Shown piece after piece: positions 54,169 to 64,000 of a stretch of DNA of 64,000 nt (position 1 is the stretch's first letter; every line of letters starts with the position of its first letter). A program made the position numbers and the translations under genes. Under the pieces are notes generated by a model. That model was given only the letters and a program-made list of their open reading frames with translations. It was not told where the DNA came from and did no database searches. This stretch comes from Vairimorpha necatrix (taxonomy: Eukaryota), in contig CP142727.1 in assembly GCA_036630325.1 (NCBI GenBank), positions 1 through 64,000 of the forward strand, in the 5' to 3' direction.

Positions 54169-56743
54169 AGTTAATTAAAAATTTTAATTTAAGTATTTTT
54201 TTAAATAATGATCCTTTAAATCCTTTTACAAATTAATATATTTAAATAATCGATAATAAAACAACTACATATACAATTTACAAAATAATACAAATTTGTA
54301 GAAAAAATTATATAATTGCATAATTAAAAATTGATGTTTAAAAAAAATTATGCGAAAAAATCTGTTGTACATTTAACATACAACAAAATGCAAATTTGCA
54401 TAAATTATAAATCTAATTTTTTAATGTCTATAATTTCTATCAATGTTTTATGCAAATGTGTTTTTGTGATAAATTAAATATGAATACGGCAAAAAATAGA
54501 TTGCCAATATTAAAGTTAATTATTCACTAGGACATTATGTGATGTTAAAATACAAACGAGTTTCTAAAAACCTTCATTATGTATATAATTACTATTAAAA
54601 CTAAAAAATAATGCGTAAAAAATAAGTTATAAGTTTCTGAGTAAATTTATACATCATTTTAGATTATGTTTGACCAATACTAGCTAGATCATACAATATC
54701 ATCATTTTATATTCATGTTTCGGCAATTTTTAGATACATATTATGAAGTGTGATTACTTAGGTAAATATTTTTGTTAATTCAATCTCGTTGGTTTTTATC
54801 TAATGTAAAAAAAAGCGCAGAAATTTACAATTAAATACACTTCACAAAGTAAAAAACTCCGATACTGGATAAAGTTAAGTATCAAAGTTCCAGTCATAGA
54901 TTTACAAAGTCCGATAGAAAAAAATAAACAATAGATTGTTCGATAATTCTCAGCAAAGACGAGATTTTTTTTTTCGGCTTGTAGTTTATTTCTATGTTTT
55001 AATATACTCTACAATATTTTGATAATTAAATAAAAATGCATCCCGACTTGCAATTGTTATGTAATATTAGGAATAAATTTGATACTACATAATATTTTAA
55101 TAGACTTATATACAAGACATTCACGAATTAATATAATGTTTAACGTCGATTACATTTCTAACATCTTAAAAGATGCCAAATTAGATTAACATACTGTATT
55201 GTCTACTATTTTGCAGTTAAATTGAATTTTACACAATACGTTAAATCTTTAAAATCTTTTGAGAGAAAATACATTATAGAGATTTTTAAAGAAGGACGCT
55301 TTATGACAATTTTTAAAATTTATACAGTTTTAGCATCAAAAACAATCATATAGATGCCAATAATCAATTAGGAAAAGTGACTATTTACATTCTTGTTAAA
55401 TATAATTTTGTATGTCGAATTTTTAAAAGGCATTACAAATTATTGTTCGTTATACTTTGATTATTGACAATTAATGGTATTTATACAACAGACAATGTTG
55501 TTTAGTAAAAAATTGAATATCTTACTTATAAATTTTAATAATATAAAAAAATAATGACAATTCCCACGTAGAATATAATAAAACAGTATTGTTAGGTCAA
55601 TTATTATAAAACAAACAAATTTACCAATTCTCTTTGATAGTTGATTAATATGTCTACTATTTATAATCAAATATAATACTCTAAAAAGTTTCATCAATCA
55701 CACGATGCCCTTATGATGTAATGTATAAAGAACAATTTAAATTGCACCATGTTTAGATTATGTCGGTATGAGTATACTAATTGGTACAGTGGAAGTGACG
55801 AATAACATCCTTAACTTTCTGTAAGATTTATAAATCACTTCTTTAACATATTTATATTTGTTATCAAAAAGAACGCTACAGAAAAATGTTCTATTATATT
55901 TATTGATTTATATACCTTCTAATGTGGTTTTTTATTACTATATTGTGTAGAAATTAATTACATATTTAAAATTTATATTTTTTACATAAGTATGCTTTTA
56001 TAGATGTTTGAAATACATAAAAATTACTTTTAAAAAAATTCTAGATTTGTTAAAATATCAAGTTTTCAAATTACTTAATATATGTCATAATGTGGTCGAT
56101 TGTATTATAAGTTTAAAATTTTGCTTTTTTATACTACAAATTAAGATCTTTTCTATACTATAATATACGAATTTTAGACTATTTTTTTGTGATTGTATTA
56201 ATAGTCATACTAAGAAATTTTCATTGACGTCATATACCGTAAAAATAAGCTGCTCCTGCCTTTTTTAATAAAAAAATGCAATAAGCAATATGAATAATAC
56301 CTAGTCATATTGGGCCTATACTTGACATATACTAATATAATACATAAGGTGTACTATTATTCAATTATGACATGTTTTTTATATAGCGTCAAATTAACTA
56401 AACATTTAAATATAAGATGTTATAAACTTGTATATTAAAAATGTTCTTAGTAAAAATTTTTATATTTGCAATTTGACATCTTTCATTAAATAATGTTTTT
56501 TTATGAATTAAGAAAATAACATTGCAGCCTTAGATCACTGAAATTTTATCTTTACATATAACTTAATTGTACCGATTGACATTTGACATATAACGTTAAA
56601 AGACAATATTTTTTTACATTTAATTTATGAATTAACTCTACTTATTTAATGTTATATTTTATATAATATTTAGTTTTTGTTTGTTTACAAATTACACTTA
56701 GTTTTCTAAATGTTAGTAAGTTTTTTTTTTTTCTCCCCTTAAA

Positions 56744-58015
56744 ATGCAAGACATTGAGTATTCTCTTAAATACACTCTAGACAGTGTTTTACTTAAGCTC
56801 GAAGATGTCAAAGATGTGTCTGTTCCCAATGAAATCATTTCTTTTAGAAAAAAGTTTGGCGATTTAAAAACTTTGAAACTCTACACTAAAGACGGTAAGA
56901 TCTTCCCGTTGTTCAATGTTCCATTGTCTAATGGAATAAAACACACAGTTGAGTATTGTGAAGTTGCTGTCGGCGAGTCTCTGTTTGTTACCAAAGAATA
57001 TTCCAGGACTCTTAACCCACCAGATAAATATTCAAGTTTTATTATTAATGAGAAGTCTGATCAATTTGATTTATTATTAAATGATGATAATATTAATATA
57101 AGAGATTTCAGTTTTATTATTAAAGATAGTTCTAGAGTTTTACCTTTATATTCTATTACTTTTGAATATGACGAGGAATTAGAGCGCAAATCTAAAGGAG
57201 TGATTGTTTGCGAGAGATGCCGATCTAAACAGTCGATTTCTTTTTGCCCGTCGGAGCGGGCGAATTTCTGCGAGCAATGCGACGAAGAAGTCCATTGCGA
57301 TGAATTCCATAAGAGACATGACAGGTATTATTTCAATCAAGGAGGTAAAAGAAGATTTATTTATTGTTGTATTCATTCTGATACACTTGTTGAGTATTTC
57401 TGTATGATTTGTATGATTCCCATTTGTACTAAATGTAAAATTAATGGTAATCATTCTGAATTACCCAATAGTTCTCATGGTTTAGTAGGTTATTTAGAAG
57501 TATGCGATATTTTAAAGAATGAAGTTAAAATGTCCAATGACCAGTTGAATCCCGTGTTAGAACATTTAGTTTCTACTATTGAAGATTTTAAGAATACTTG
57601 CTCAGATTTCCAAATTAATATAAAAGATATTAGACAGAAGATTGAGGATGAATATAAAGCGATAATGAATGAGATAGATTTATATGAGAATACTCAGTAT
57701 CAGAATATAAATGCGCATTATATTAAGAGTATTAGTAAATTGGAGAATTTAGAAAGAATGAAAAATTACGCGATTTCTTTAGAGCCTTCACTTTTAGTGA
57801 AGAATTTCAGGAGTGTAGTTCAACAAAGAAATGAACTTGATGTTACAAATGACATAAATTTCGTACCTAAGAAAGTTGAATTAAAAGGGAAATTGAGTTT
57901 AGGAGATCCAGTGAGTTTGACGCCTAGGACGACGCAGTCTCCTAGGATGGACAAGACGACGAAGATGTATGTTGAGACTCGAGGGAAAGTTTACAACAAA
58001 ACTGATAATTATTAA
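56744..58015 (+). CDS. B-box zinc finger plus coiled-coil protein
   Basis: CERC...FCPSERANFCEQCDEEVH...HKR (B-box type 1) and CCIH...YFCMICMIPICTKC...H (B-box type 2), then a helical region; CCCC motif before the ATG. Confidence 0.9.
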   Translation: MQDIEYSLKYTLDSVLLKLEDVKDVSVPNEIISFRKKFGDLKTLKLYTKDGKIFPLFNVPLSNGIKHTVEYCEVAVGESLFVTKEYSRTLNPPDKYSSFIINEKSDQFDLLLNDDNINIRDFSFIIKDSSRVLPLYSITFEYDEELERKSKGVIVCERCRSKQSISFCPSERANFCEQCDEEVHCDEFHKRHDRYYFNQGGKRRFIYCCIHSDTLVEYFCMICMIPICTKCKINGNHSELPNSSHGLVGYLEVCDILKNEVKMSNDQLNPVLEHLVSTIEDFKNTCSDFQINIKDIRQKIEDEYKAIMNEIDLYENTQYQNINAHYIKSISKLENLERMKNYAISLEPSLLVKNFRSVVQQRNELDVTNDINFVPKKVELKGKLSLGDPVSLTPRTTQSPRMDKTTKMYVETRGKVYNKTDNY

Positions 58016-58377
58016 ACAAGTTAATTATTGTTCGAAAATATAGTCAAAAATATATAATTATAGTTCAAAAATATTGTATAAAATTATAGTTCATTTTATT
58101 GTTATGAATTAAGTATAACTTTTTAAATCGTATTTTAAATTCTATAATACAAAATGTATCAGTATAAAAAATCGTATTTTAAATTATTTAAAATGTTACA
58201 CTATTAAAAATTTTATAGTACAATATTTTACAGTAGTAAAATTTTTTTATAAATTTTTACAGTAGTATAAAATTTTACACAAATTATGTAATACAGTAGT
58301 AGTAAATTTTTTTTAAATAATTTTTATAATACAGTAGTAAAATTTTTTTAAAATATTTCTTTTTAAATAATTTTTTT

Positions 58378-59502
58378 TTATTGACTCACTTGAGTTGATA
58401 AATTACTTCTCGCTTTTTTAAGTGATTCCTCAATATTTTCACTCTGATTTTTATTAATTCCTTCAATTTTCTGACTCGCTCCAAATATTCTTGTTAAATA
58501 TTCAGTCCAGTTCTCATTTTTCAAATTATGATCAAATGGTTTTTCATACACATTTGCAAAAATGTGTGAAAATATTTCTGCTTTTTCTTTAGAATGGATT
58601 TCGTCTGTTCTTTTTTCATCTTCTTTTTGAATTTTCTTCTGATATTTAAATTCATGATTTATTGTCAAATAAGTATAAAGATTAAATAATCTTGAATAAA
58701 TAAATGTTTCATAAGGACTTGCTTTTACAGTAGCCATATTTAAGAAGAAATTATTAATTTCTTCTTTATAATCACTTGCTTTATATCCCAGATGATTCAT
58801 TAATATTTCGATATCTTTATATAAAGATTCAGATACTTTTCCATTTTTAAATTTGTAATCTTTTTCATTTTGACTAAGTTTAGTCAAAATGTCAAGAAAA
58901 CAAGGAGCAGCTTTCCACCAGATAGATGGTTTATTGTCAATAATAAAAGCTTCTTTTATTTGTTGACTTGTTATATTTTTATTTTCTTTAAACCATTTTG
59001 GTTTAAATTCTAATTCATATTTCTTATCTTTCATACTTTTCATGGCTTCTTTTCTCCAAGTATCTTTTTCTTCTTGAGTTTTTTTATTATTTAAAAGTGC
59101 TTTTATATTAAATTGGATTTTCCATAATTCTTTTACTATTTCTTTAGGGTCAATTAGAGTATGTAAATATTCTGGTTCTCTTGGAGCGTGTAAAGGATAA
59201 TTTCCTGCTATTAAGTAACCATCTTCAGTTTGGGCGAATTTTATAAAATTAGTAAATTTTGGATTTTCTTCGTAGTCGTTGATTTTGTATCCTTTGTATC
59301 TTCCTTCAAACATAGAAGCGTCTCCTCCTTTATTTCTCCATACCATGAATGTTCTAGCGTATAATTCTGGATTTATGTTTACGAAATTACCGTAGTAGAT
59401 CATTAAAGAGAGCCAAGAGGCGCATGAGACCAGAGCCCCGTAGAAAGCGAGTTTAAAGAGGACAGAAGATTTAGCGGGTTGTTGTTTAATTTCTCCTGAC
59501 AT
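58378..59502 (-). CDS. Hypothetical protein with N-terminal transmembrane anchor
   Basis: 374-aa ORF; hydrophobic stretch VLFKLAFYGALVSCASWLSLMIYY; GGGG motif before the ATG. Confidence 0.88.
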   Translation of the reverse strand: MSGEIKQQPAKSSVLFKLAFYGALVSCASWLSLMIYYGNFVNINPELYARTFMVWRNKGGDASMFEGRYKGYKINDYEENPKFTNFIKFAQTEDGYLIAGNYPLHAPREPEYLHTLIDPKEIVKELWKIQFNIKALLNNKKTQEEKDTWRKEAMKSMKDKKYELEFKPKWFKENKNITSQQIKEAFIIDNKPSIWWKAAPCFLDILTKLSQNEKDYKFKNGKVSESLYKDIEILMNHLGYKASDYKEEINNFFLNMATVKASPYETFIYSRLFNLYTYLTINHEFKYQKKIQKEDEKRTDEIHSKEKAEIFSHIFANVYEKPFDHNLKNENWTEYLTRIFGASQKIEGINKNQSENIEESLKKARSNLSTQVSQ

Positions 59503-59825
59503 GATGACCCCTAAAAAAAAGAAAAATTTATAAATAAAAAAAAGGAGAAAAAAATCAAATCTATAAATTTATAAATTTGATCTTTTATTTATTAATAAGT
59601 TATGAATTCATTATATAAAATTATGTAAAATTTAATTATTTGTAATTAATTTATGCATGAATTAATGTAAAATGAATATTTATGCATTGTGCATATAAAT
59701 TGAATATTAATTTATTATGCATAAATATTCATTTTTTATTAGTCATCTTGAGATGTTTTACATTTCCAATGTCTTAATTATAAAAAATAACTTACAGAAT
59801 AGAATTAATTAATAAATTATTTATT

Positions 59826-60029
59826 TTAGTGTAGATCAAAGAATAAGACATTACTACCATTTATTATTACATCTCCAAGATATTGTTCTTCTCTCGCTTC
59901 TCTCAAGTGCACATTGACATAAACATCCACTCCACTTAGAATCCCAGAGATCTTTTTATTATTGAAAGTGTAGATGATGACATTTCTACCTATTTGATCT
60001 TTAAGATGAAGCAAAGGACTTTTAATCAT
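59826..60029 (-). CDS. Sm/LSm family protein (LSm6/SmF-like)
   Basis: Sm1 motif ISGILSGVDVYVNVHL and Sm2 motif LGDVIINGSNVLF; CCCCC upstream. Confidence 0.88.
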   Translation of the reverse strand: MIKSPLLHLKDQIGRNVIIYTFNNKKISGILSGVDVYVNVHLREAREEQYLGDVIINGSNVLFFDLH

Positions 60030-60180
60030 AAAACAACAAATGTGAGGGGGCGAGATTGAATTATAAATTATATAGTAGTGTAAAGTAGTGTAACTATATT
60101 AGATATAAATTATATTTATAGTATATAATAATAGTAGTATAAATTATACTATAAATTATAATTGAGTATAATCCCCTTAA

Positions 60181-60716
60181 ATGTTCACGGTTCTTTTCTC
60201 GGATGATGATAAAGAAGATATTTTGGAAAATATCTTCACTAATAATAAAATTATTAATACTCCAAATTACAAGGAAATAAGGACAAATTACCAGAGAGCC
60301 CTGCTCCACTTAAAAAGTGGCATATTTTATGACTTCTTTAAGCACAGGAGACAACTTGATAAATTTACTAAATTCAGAATAATAAACAAGAAGATAAAGA
60401 AATAAGTCAAGAGAAAGTTATCATACAAGTAGACTGTAGTATTAAACAAGGGAATCAGAAGTATGAGATAGAAGAAATAAGTCAAGAGAAAGTTATCATA
60501 CAAGTAGACTGTAGTATCAAACAAGGGAATCAGAAGTATGAGATAGAAGATTGTACAGTGAAAGAAGCCAAGAAATATATATATGAGAAATTAGGAATAA
60601 GTATAAGTAAGCAGGAGATAGTAAAAGAAGAAGAAGTATTAAATAATGGGAGATATTTAAAGAATGAGACAGTCATTGTAAGACAAAAGAGGAGAACAAA
60701 CAAGACAAAGCATTAA
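60181..60716 (+). CDS. Hypothetical protein with C-terminal ubiquitin-like domain; frameshifted, with internal duplication
   Basis: CCCC-TTAA-ATG start. After a 1-nt shift near 60396 a second frame is open to TAA 60716 and reads ...EDCTVKEAKKYIYEKLGISISKQEIV...VLNNGRYL..., which resembles the ubiquitin-fold pattern TV.ELK..I....GI....Q.L. Confidence 0.65.
60397..60546 (+). repeat. Tandem duplication, 2 x 75 bp
   Basis: 60397-60471 and 60472-60546 are identical except for one T/C difference. Confidence 0.95.
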
Positions 60717-60859
60717 AAGAAAAAAACTCGACATATATATAATATTAAACTTGACATATATATATATATATATATATAATAGTAAAACATTTACAAATCT
60801 TTAAATATAATTGTAATAATAAATCTTTAAATTTATTGTTGAATTTTGTTTACCCTAAA

Positions 60860-61096
60860 ATGAAGGGTGACTCGGAAAACAGTCCAGGTATAAAAAACAC
60901 CACAAAATTCACTAGGAAAATCTACGACTCCCCGTCAAGTAAAGCGAGAATCCTCACGCCTGTGAAAAATGCACTGCATAAATCTGACGGAAACCCTTTA
61001 AAATTCTTAAAAGCTGTACAAAATATCGTAGGTAAGGAAAATATACAAGAAGAAGGATTTAATATCAAAAAAACAGAAGAAGAATGGGAAATATAA
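60860..61096 (+). CDS. Small hypothetical protein (78 aa)
   Basis: ATG at 60860 after TTACCCTAAA; AATAAA follows the stop; the listed TTG start at 60836 is unlikely. Confidence 0.7.
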   Translation: MKGDSENSPGIKNTTKFTRKIYDSPSSKARILTPVKNALHKSDGNPLKFLKAVQNIVGKENIQEEGFNIKKTEEEWEI

Positions 61097-61326
61097 AATA
61101 AACATTTATTAAATAAAATTAGTATAAAAAAAATTAGTATGATATTTTATTAAGAAAATTAGTATAATATTATACTAACATTATATAATTAAAATTAATA
61201 TAATGTTTTACTTACATTATATAATATAATAAAATATAATTAACATAATATAATAATTAATTATACTAACATAATATAATAATTAATTATACTAGCATAT
61301 TAATATAACTTTATTAATATAATGTT

Positions 61327-61710
61327 TTATTTGGGGATGTAGTAGCCACCTACAAACATTTCGTCAAGAATATCATAAATCTCCTTAAATTGATACACAA
61401 AATGTAACTCAGAAAAATGACTACTAGAAGAATTTATGCAAACATTTGAAAAATGACTACTAAAAGAATCTATAAAAACATTTATAAGACTCAAAATATA
61501 AAACTCATTTTCATTCTCAATAATAAAACATATAAAAATATTAAAATGCTTCTTAAAAATAATACTAGTATCACTTGTATCATAGATTATATTTGTATCT
61601 TTCTCTTGTAGAACTTTATTCTTGATCTCATCTTCTATGTATTTAAGTGAAAAATCCCTGGATAATTTGGTTTCGCCTTCGGCATTGAAGATTATTATTC
61701 CGTGAATCAT
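61327..61710 (-). CDS. Clathrin adaptor (AP) complex small (sigma) subunit
   Basis: MIHGIIIFNAEGETKLSR, IIFKKHFNIFICF, ENEFYIL, ELHFVYQFKEIYDILDEMFVGG match sigma-adaptin motifs. Confidence 0.88.
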   Translation of the reverse strand: MIHGIIIFNAEGETKLSRDFSLKYIEDEIKNKVLQEKDTNIIYDTSDTSIIFKKHFNIFICFIIENENEFYILSLINVFIDSFSSHFSNVCINSSSSHFSELHFVYQFKEIYDILDEMFVGGYYIPK

Positions 61711-61800
61711 TTTGTTTGTTTAGACAAACAAACTAATTTAAAAAAATATAAATAAAAGTTTTACAGCATGAAAATAAAAAATAAAAAATAAAAAATAAAA

Positions 61801-62593
61801 ATGAAAGGGAGCATATTTGTGTATGATGATATAAATCACTTGATATGTTATACTAATGATATAAAATCAAGTATAACTATCATATTAGTAGGTGGATTAG
61901 ATCACTCTACCTTACACATATTCTCTATACAAAATGTTTTTAAGACTAATAATACCACAATTTAGGAGTCATCCTAATTTCGGTATATTTCCATTTGAAT
62001 ATGATTTAGAAGATCTTAATAAAGTCATGGTAGATTTAGAAGGACAGATCATTCTTATAGGGAATTCTACGGGGTGTCAAGTCATCATGACTTATATAAA
62101 TAGGCATATCAATAATAAGATAGTACTGTGTATACTACAGGGGTCAGTATCAGACACAGAATATTTTGAGAGTCAACGCCATAAATATAATTATAATGAA
62201 AAATTTAGATTTGAAGATGAAACTGGAACAATAATAGACAATGAAGTAGATAATAAAGATATAGAGAATATATTTAGATATGATGGTATAATATACATAC
62301 ATGAAAGATATGTAAGTTTATACAAGAGACATGGTATAGAAGATTTATTCTCTTCTTATTTAGAAGATGAACATTATAAAAACCTAAATAAAAATAATTA
62401 TAAACTCATCTTCGTCATTTCTGACAAAGATGAGTTTGTAGTAAAAAAGATAGACGACAAATTGAGACATGTCAAGAATTCAGAGATTATAAATTTCAGA
62501 GAAGGAGATCATTTCTTACATAATAAAGAGTCACAGAAGGAATTTATTAAATTAATCAAAAAGGAGATACATAAAATGAGAGTACATCAATAA
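61801..62593 (+). CDS. DUF1749-like alpha/beta hydrolase, frameshifted near 61900
   Basis: ATG 61801 gives MKGSIFVY...IILVGGL; the +1 frame continues ITLPYTYSLYKMF... with GNSTGCQ, ILQGSVSDTE, DLFSS, DEFV and GDH motifs. Confidence 0.78.
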
Positions 62594-62658
62594 ACATGCT
62601 AATACAAGATCGTAAGATTTATAAAAAACAGGAGATGTATAATATAGAAGAAGATTAT

Positions 62659-63999
62659 TCATTGGTTGATAAATTCATTGAGTTTATCGATTATCAAGAC
62701 ACTGGCCTCGTCTATTGTAAATAAACAAGAGTCAATCTTGGAATTAACTAGTAGATTTCTAAGATGCTTCGCATTTTCCTTAAGATAAGCTTCATTGTAA
62801 TTTAATTTTATGCCATGAATGCAGCACAGGAAAATACAGAATTTCTTAAGTGTGGGGTCACATGTATCATCAGATATGAGATATTTTAATACACTAGATT
62901 TCTCTAGAATATAATTAGTATCTGCCAATATAAGGAAATATAAAATAGTACCCAGATTTATATCTAGTATAGAGTGATCAAATGTATACTCATAATTCCT
63001 TAGAGATAATAATAGAAGTATATTTGCCACAGAACAAGGATCACTTAGTACAGATTTATATATAATCTCGTATTTAGACTCTGATAAATTTATCTTAGGA
63101 ATAGACAAGTCGTCTCTCAATATTTCAGAGTAGATCAAAAGAACAAAACCAGAAGATTCAAATTTCAAGATATTTTTATGCATAAAATAGTACAAGATGA
63201 TTATGAGGTCAGTGTCTCCTAAGACTTTACCTTCTAAATTTCCAAGATCTTCATTTTCGAGGTCAAGTGTCTCTTGTAAAGATTCCTTAAAGAATATTGA
63301 CGAGAATATCTTTCTATATTTTGTACTCCAGTCTATCATTTTGTAAATGTATTCGTAATTCTTATCTACCAGGGCCCTGTCAAAAGACACAGTCTTATAG
63401 ACTGTGTCTTTTATATAATTTATATTATTATTTGTATTATCTATAAGAGCATTTATTATTTTAGAATGTAGTCTGGTTCTAGTCCAGTCTGTCTCTACGA
63501 AATAATTCTGATTGAAATGATTCCTTCTTAATAATATTTCCAGTATCTCCCTTGACTCTGGTAGTGTCTTGTAATTCTCAAGTAACTTCTCAAATATCCC
63601 CTCAAAGACGATTTCTTTATCAAAATTATTATTCAGATTTAAAAGTCTCCTAATAACTTCTGTATTCCCCATGTCCATAAGATTTACACTGTAACCTGAT
63701 GCACCATTTATTTCTACAAATACTTTACAGAATTCTTTATTATTTGTCAATTCTATAATTAATCTTCTGAATCCTGACTCATCTTTATACTGGTTATTCA
63801 TTAAGATCAGTACAAGTTTGTTGGTTTTTAAGAGTAAATCAACAAATTCGTCTTTATATTTAGAAGTGAAAATCGAGTATAATATTCTGAAATTATAAGA
63901 AATATCTTCTAGATCTTCCATGGAGTAGATTATCGGATATAAAGCGTGTGTACCTGTCTCCAGGATATTTCTATGAGAATAATCTTCTAGATCTTTTAG
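62659..63999 (-). CDS. Helical-repeat hypothetical protein, possibly Uso1/p115 head-like; 5' end probably outside the window
   Basis: The frame is open upstream of the listed ATG (63921) to the window edge (LKDLEDYSHRNILETGTHALYPIIYSMEDL...). The resemblance to the Uso1 N-terminus is weak and by eye only. Confidence 0.75.
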   Translation of the reverse strand, partial: LKDLEDYSHRNILETGTHALYPIIYSMEDLEDISYNFRILYSIFTSKYKDEFVDLLLKTNKLVLILMNNQYKDESGFRRLIIELTNNKEFCKVFVEINGASGYSVNLMDMGNTEVIRRLLNLNNNFDKEIVFEGIFEKLLENYKTLPESREILEILLRRNHFNQNYFVETDWTRTRLHSKIINALIDNTNNNINYIKDTVYKTVSFDRALVDKNYEYIYKMIDWSTKYRKIFSSIFFKESLQETLDLENEDLGNLEGKVLGDTDLIIILYYFMHKNILKFESSGFVLLIYSEILRDDLSIPKINLSESKYEIIYKSVLSDPCSVANILLLLSLRNYEYTFDHSILDINLGTILYFLILADTNYILEKSSVLKYLISDDTCDPTLKKFCIFLCCIHGIKLNYNEAYLKENAKHLRNLLVNSKIDSCLFTIDEASVLIIDKLNEFINQ

Positions 64000-64000
64000 T

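Noticed and set aside
58180-58370. Repeated ACAGTAGTA motifs (also TATACTAACAT at ~61170-61300) as a CRISPR-like array
   Set aside because: Short, irregular AT-rich intergenic repeats with no constant repeat-spacer period, in a eukaryotic context.
61422-61444. Short GT...AG spliceosomal intron in the AP sigma gene
   Set aside because: Lacks a GTA(A)GT donor, removal would break the frame, and a tandem duplication explains the sequence.

Overview
Left end of a chromosome from an extremely AT-rich, compact eukaryote. It is most consistent with a microsporidian of the Nosema/Vairimorpha type: intronless divergent genes and poly-T plus CCC/GGG motifs just before start codons. The window opens with about 2.3 kb of telomere, an irregular mix of CCTA and CCTAA units (TAGG/TTAGG). 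About 54 kb of gene-poor subtelomere follows, full of decayed ORFs and mobile elements: several Ty3/gypsy LTR elements, a TRIM-like element, a Ginger-like integrase DNA transposon and a 5'-truncated RLE non-LTR element in a (TA)n tract. It also holds an FPP synthase gene and an old multi-kb tandem duplication carrying two paralogous, probably secreted proteins. A gene-dense core starts at about 56.7 kb (B-box protein, LSm, AP sigma subunit, DUF1749 hydrolase, others). The most striking signal is a minimal Ty3/gypsy family of about 3.1 kb. Its LTRs are only 37-49 bp, two diverged copies show no recognisable aspartic protease, and the LTR carries the host CCC-type promoter motif with an ATG at the LTR/PBS junction. 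A 750-bp non-autonomous element with identical 55-bp LTRs lies nearby. All calls are by eye; no database search was run.
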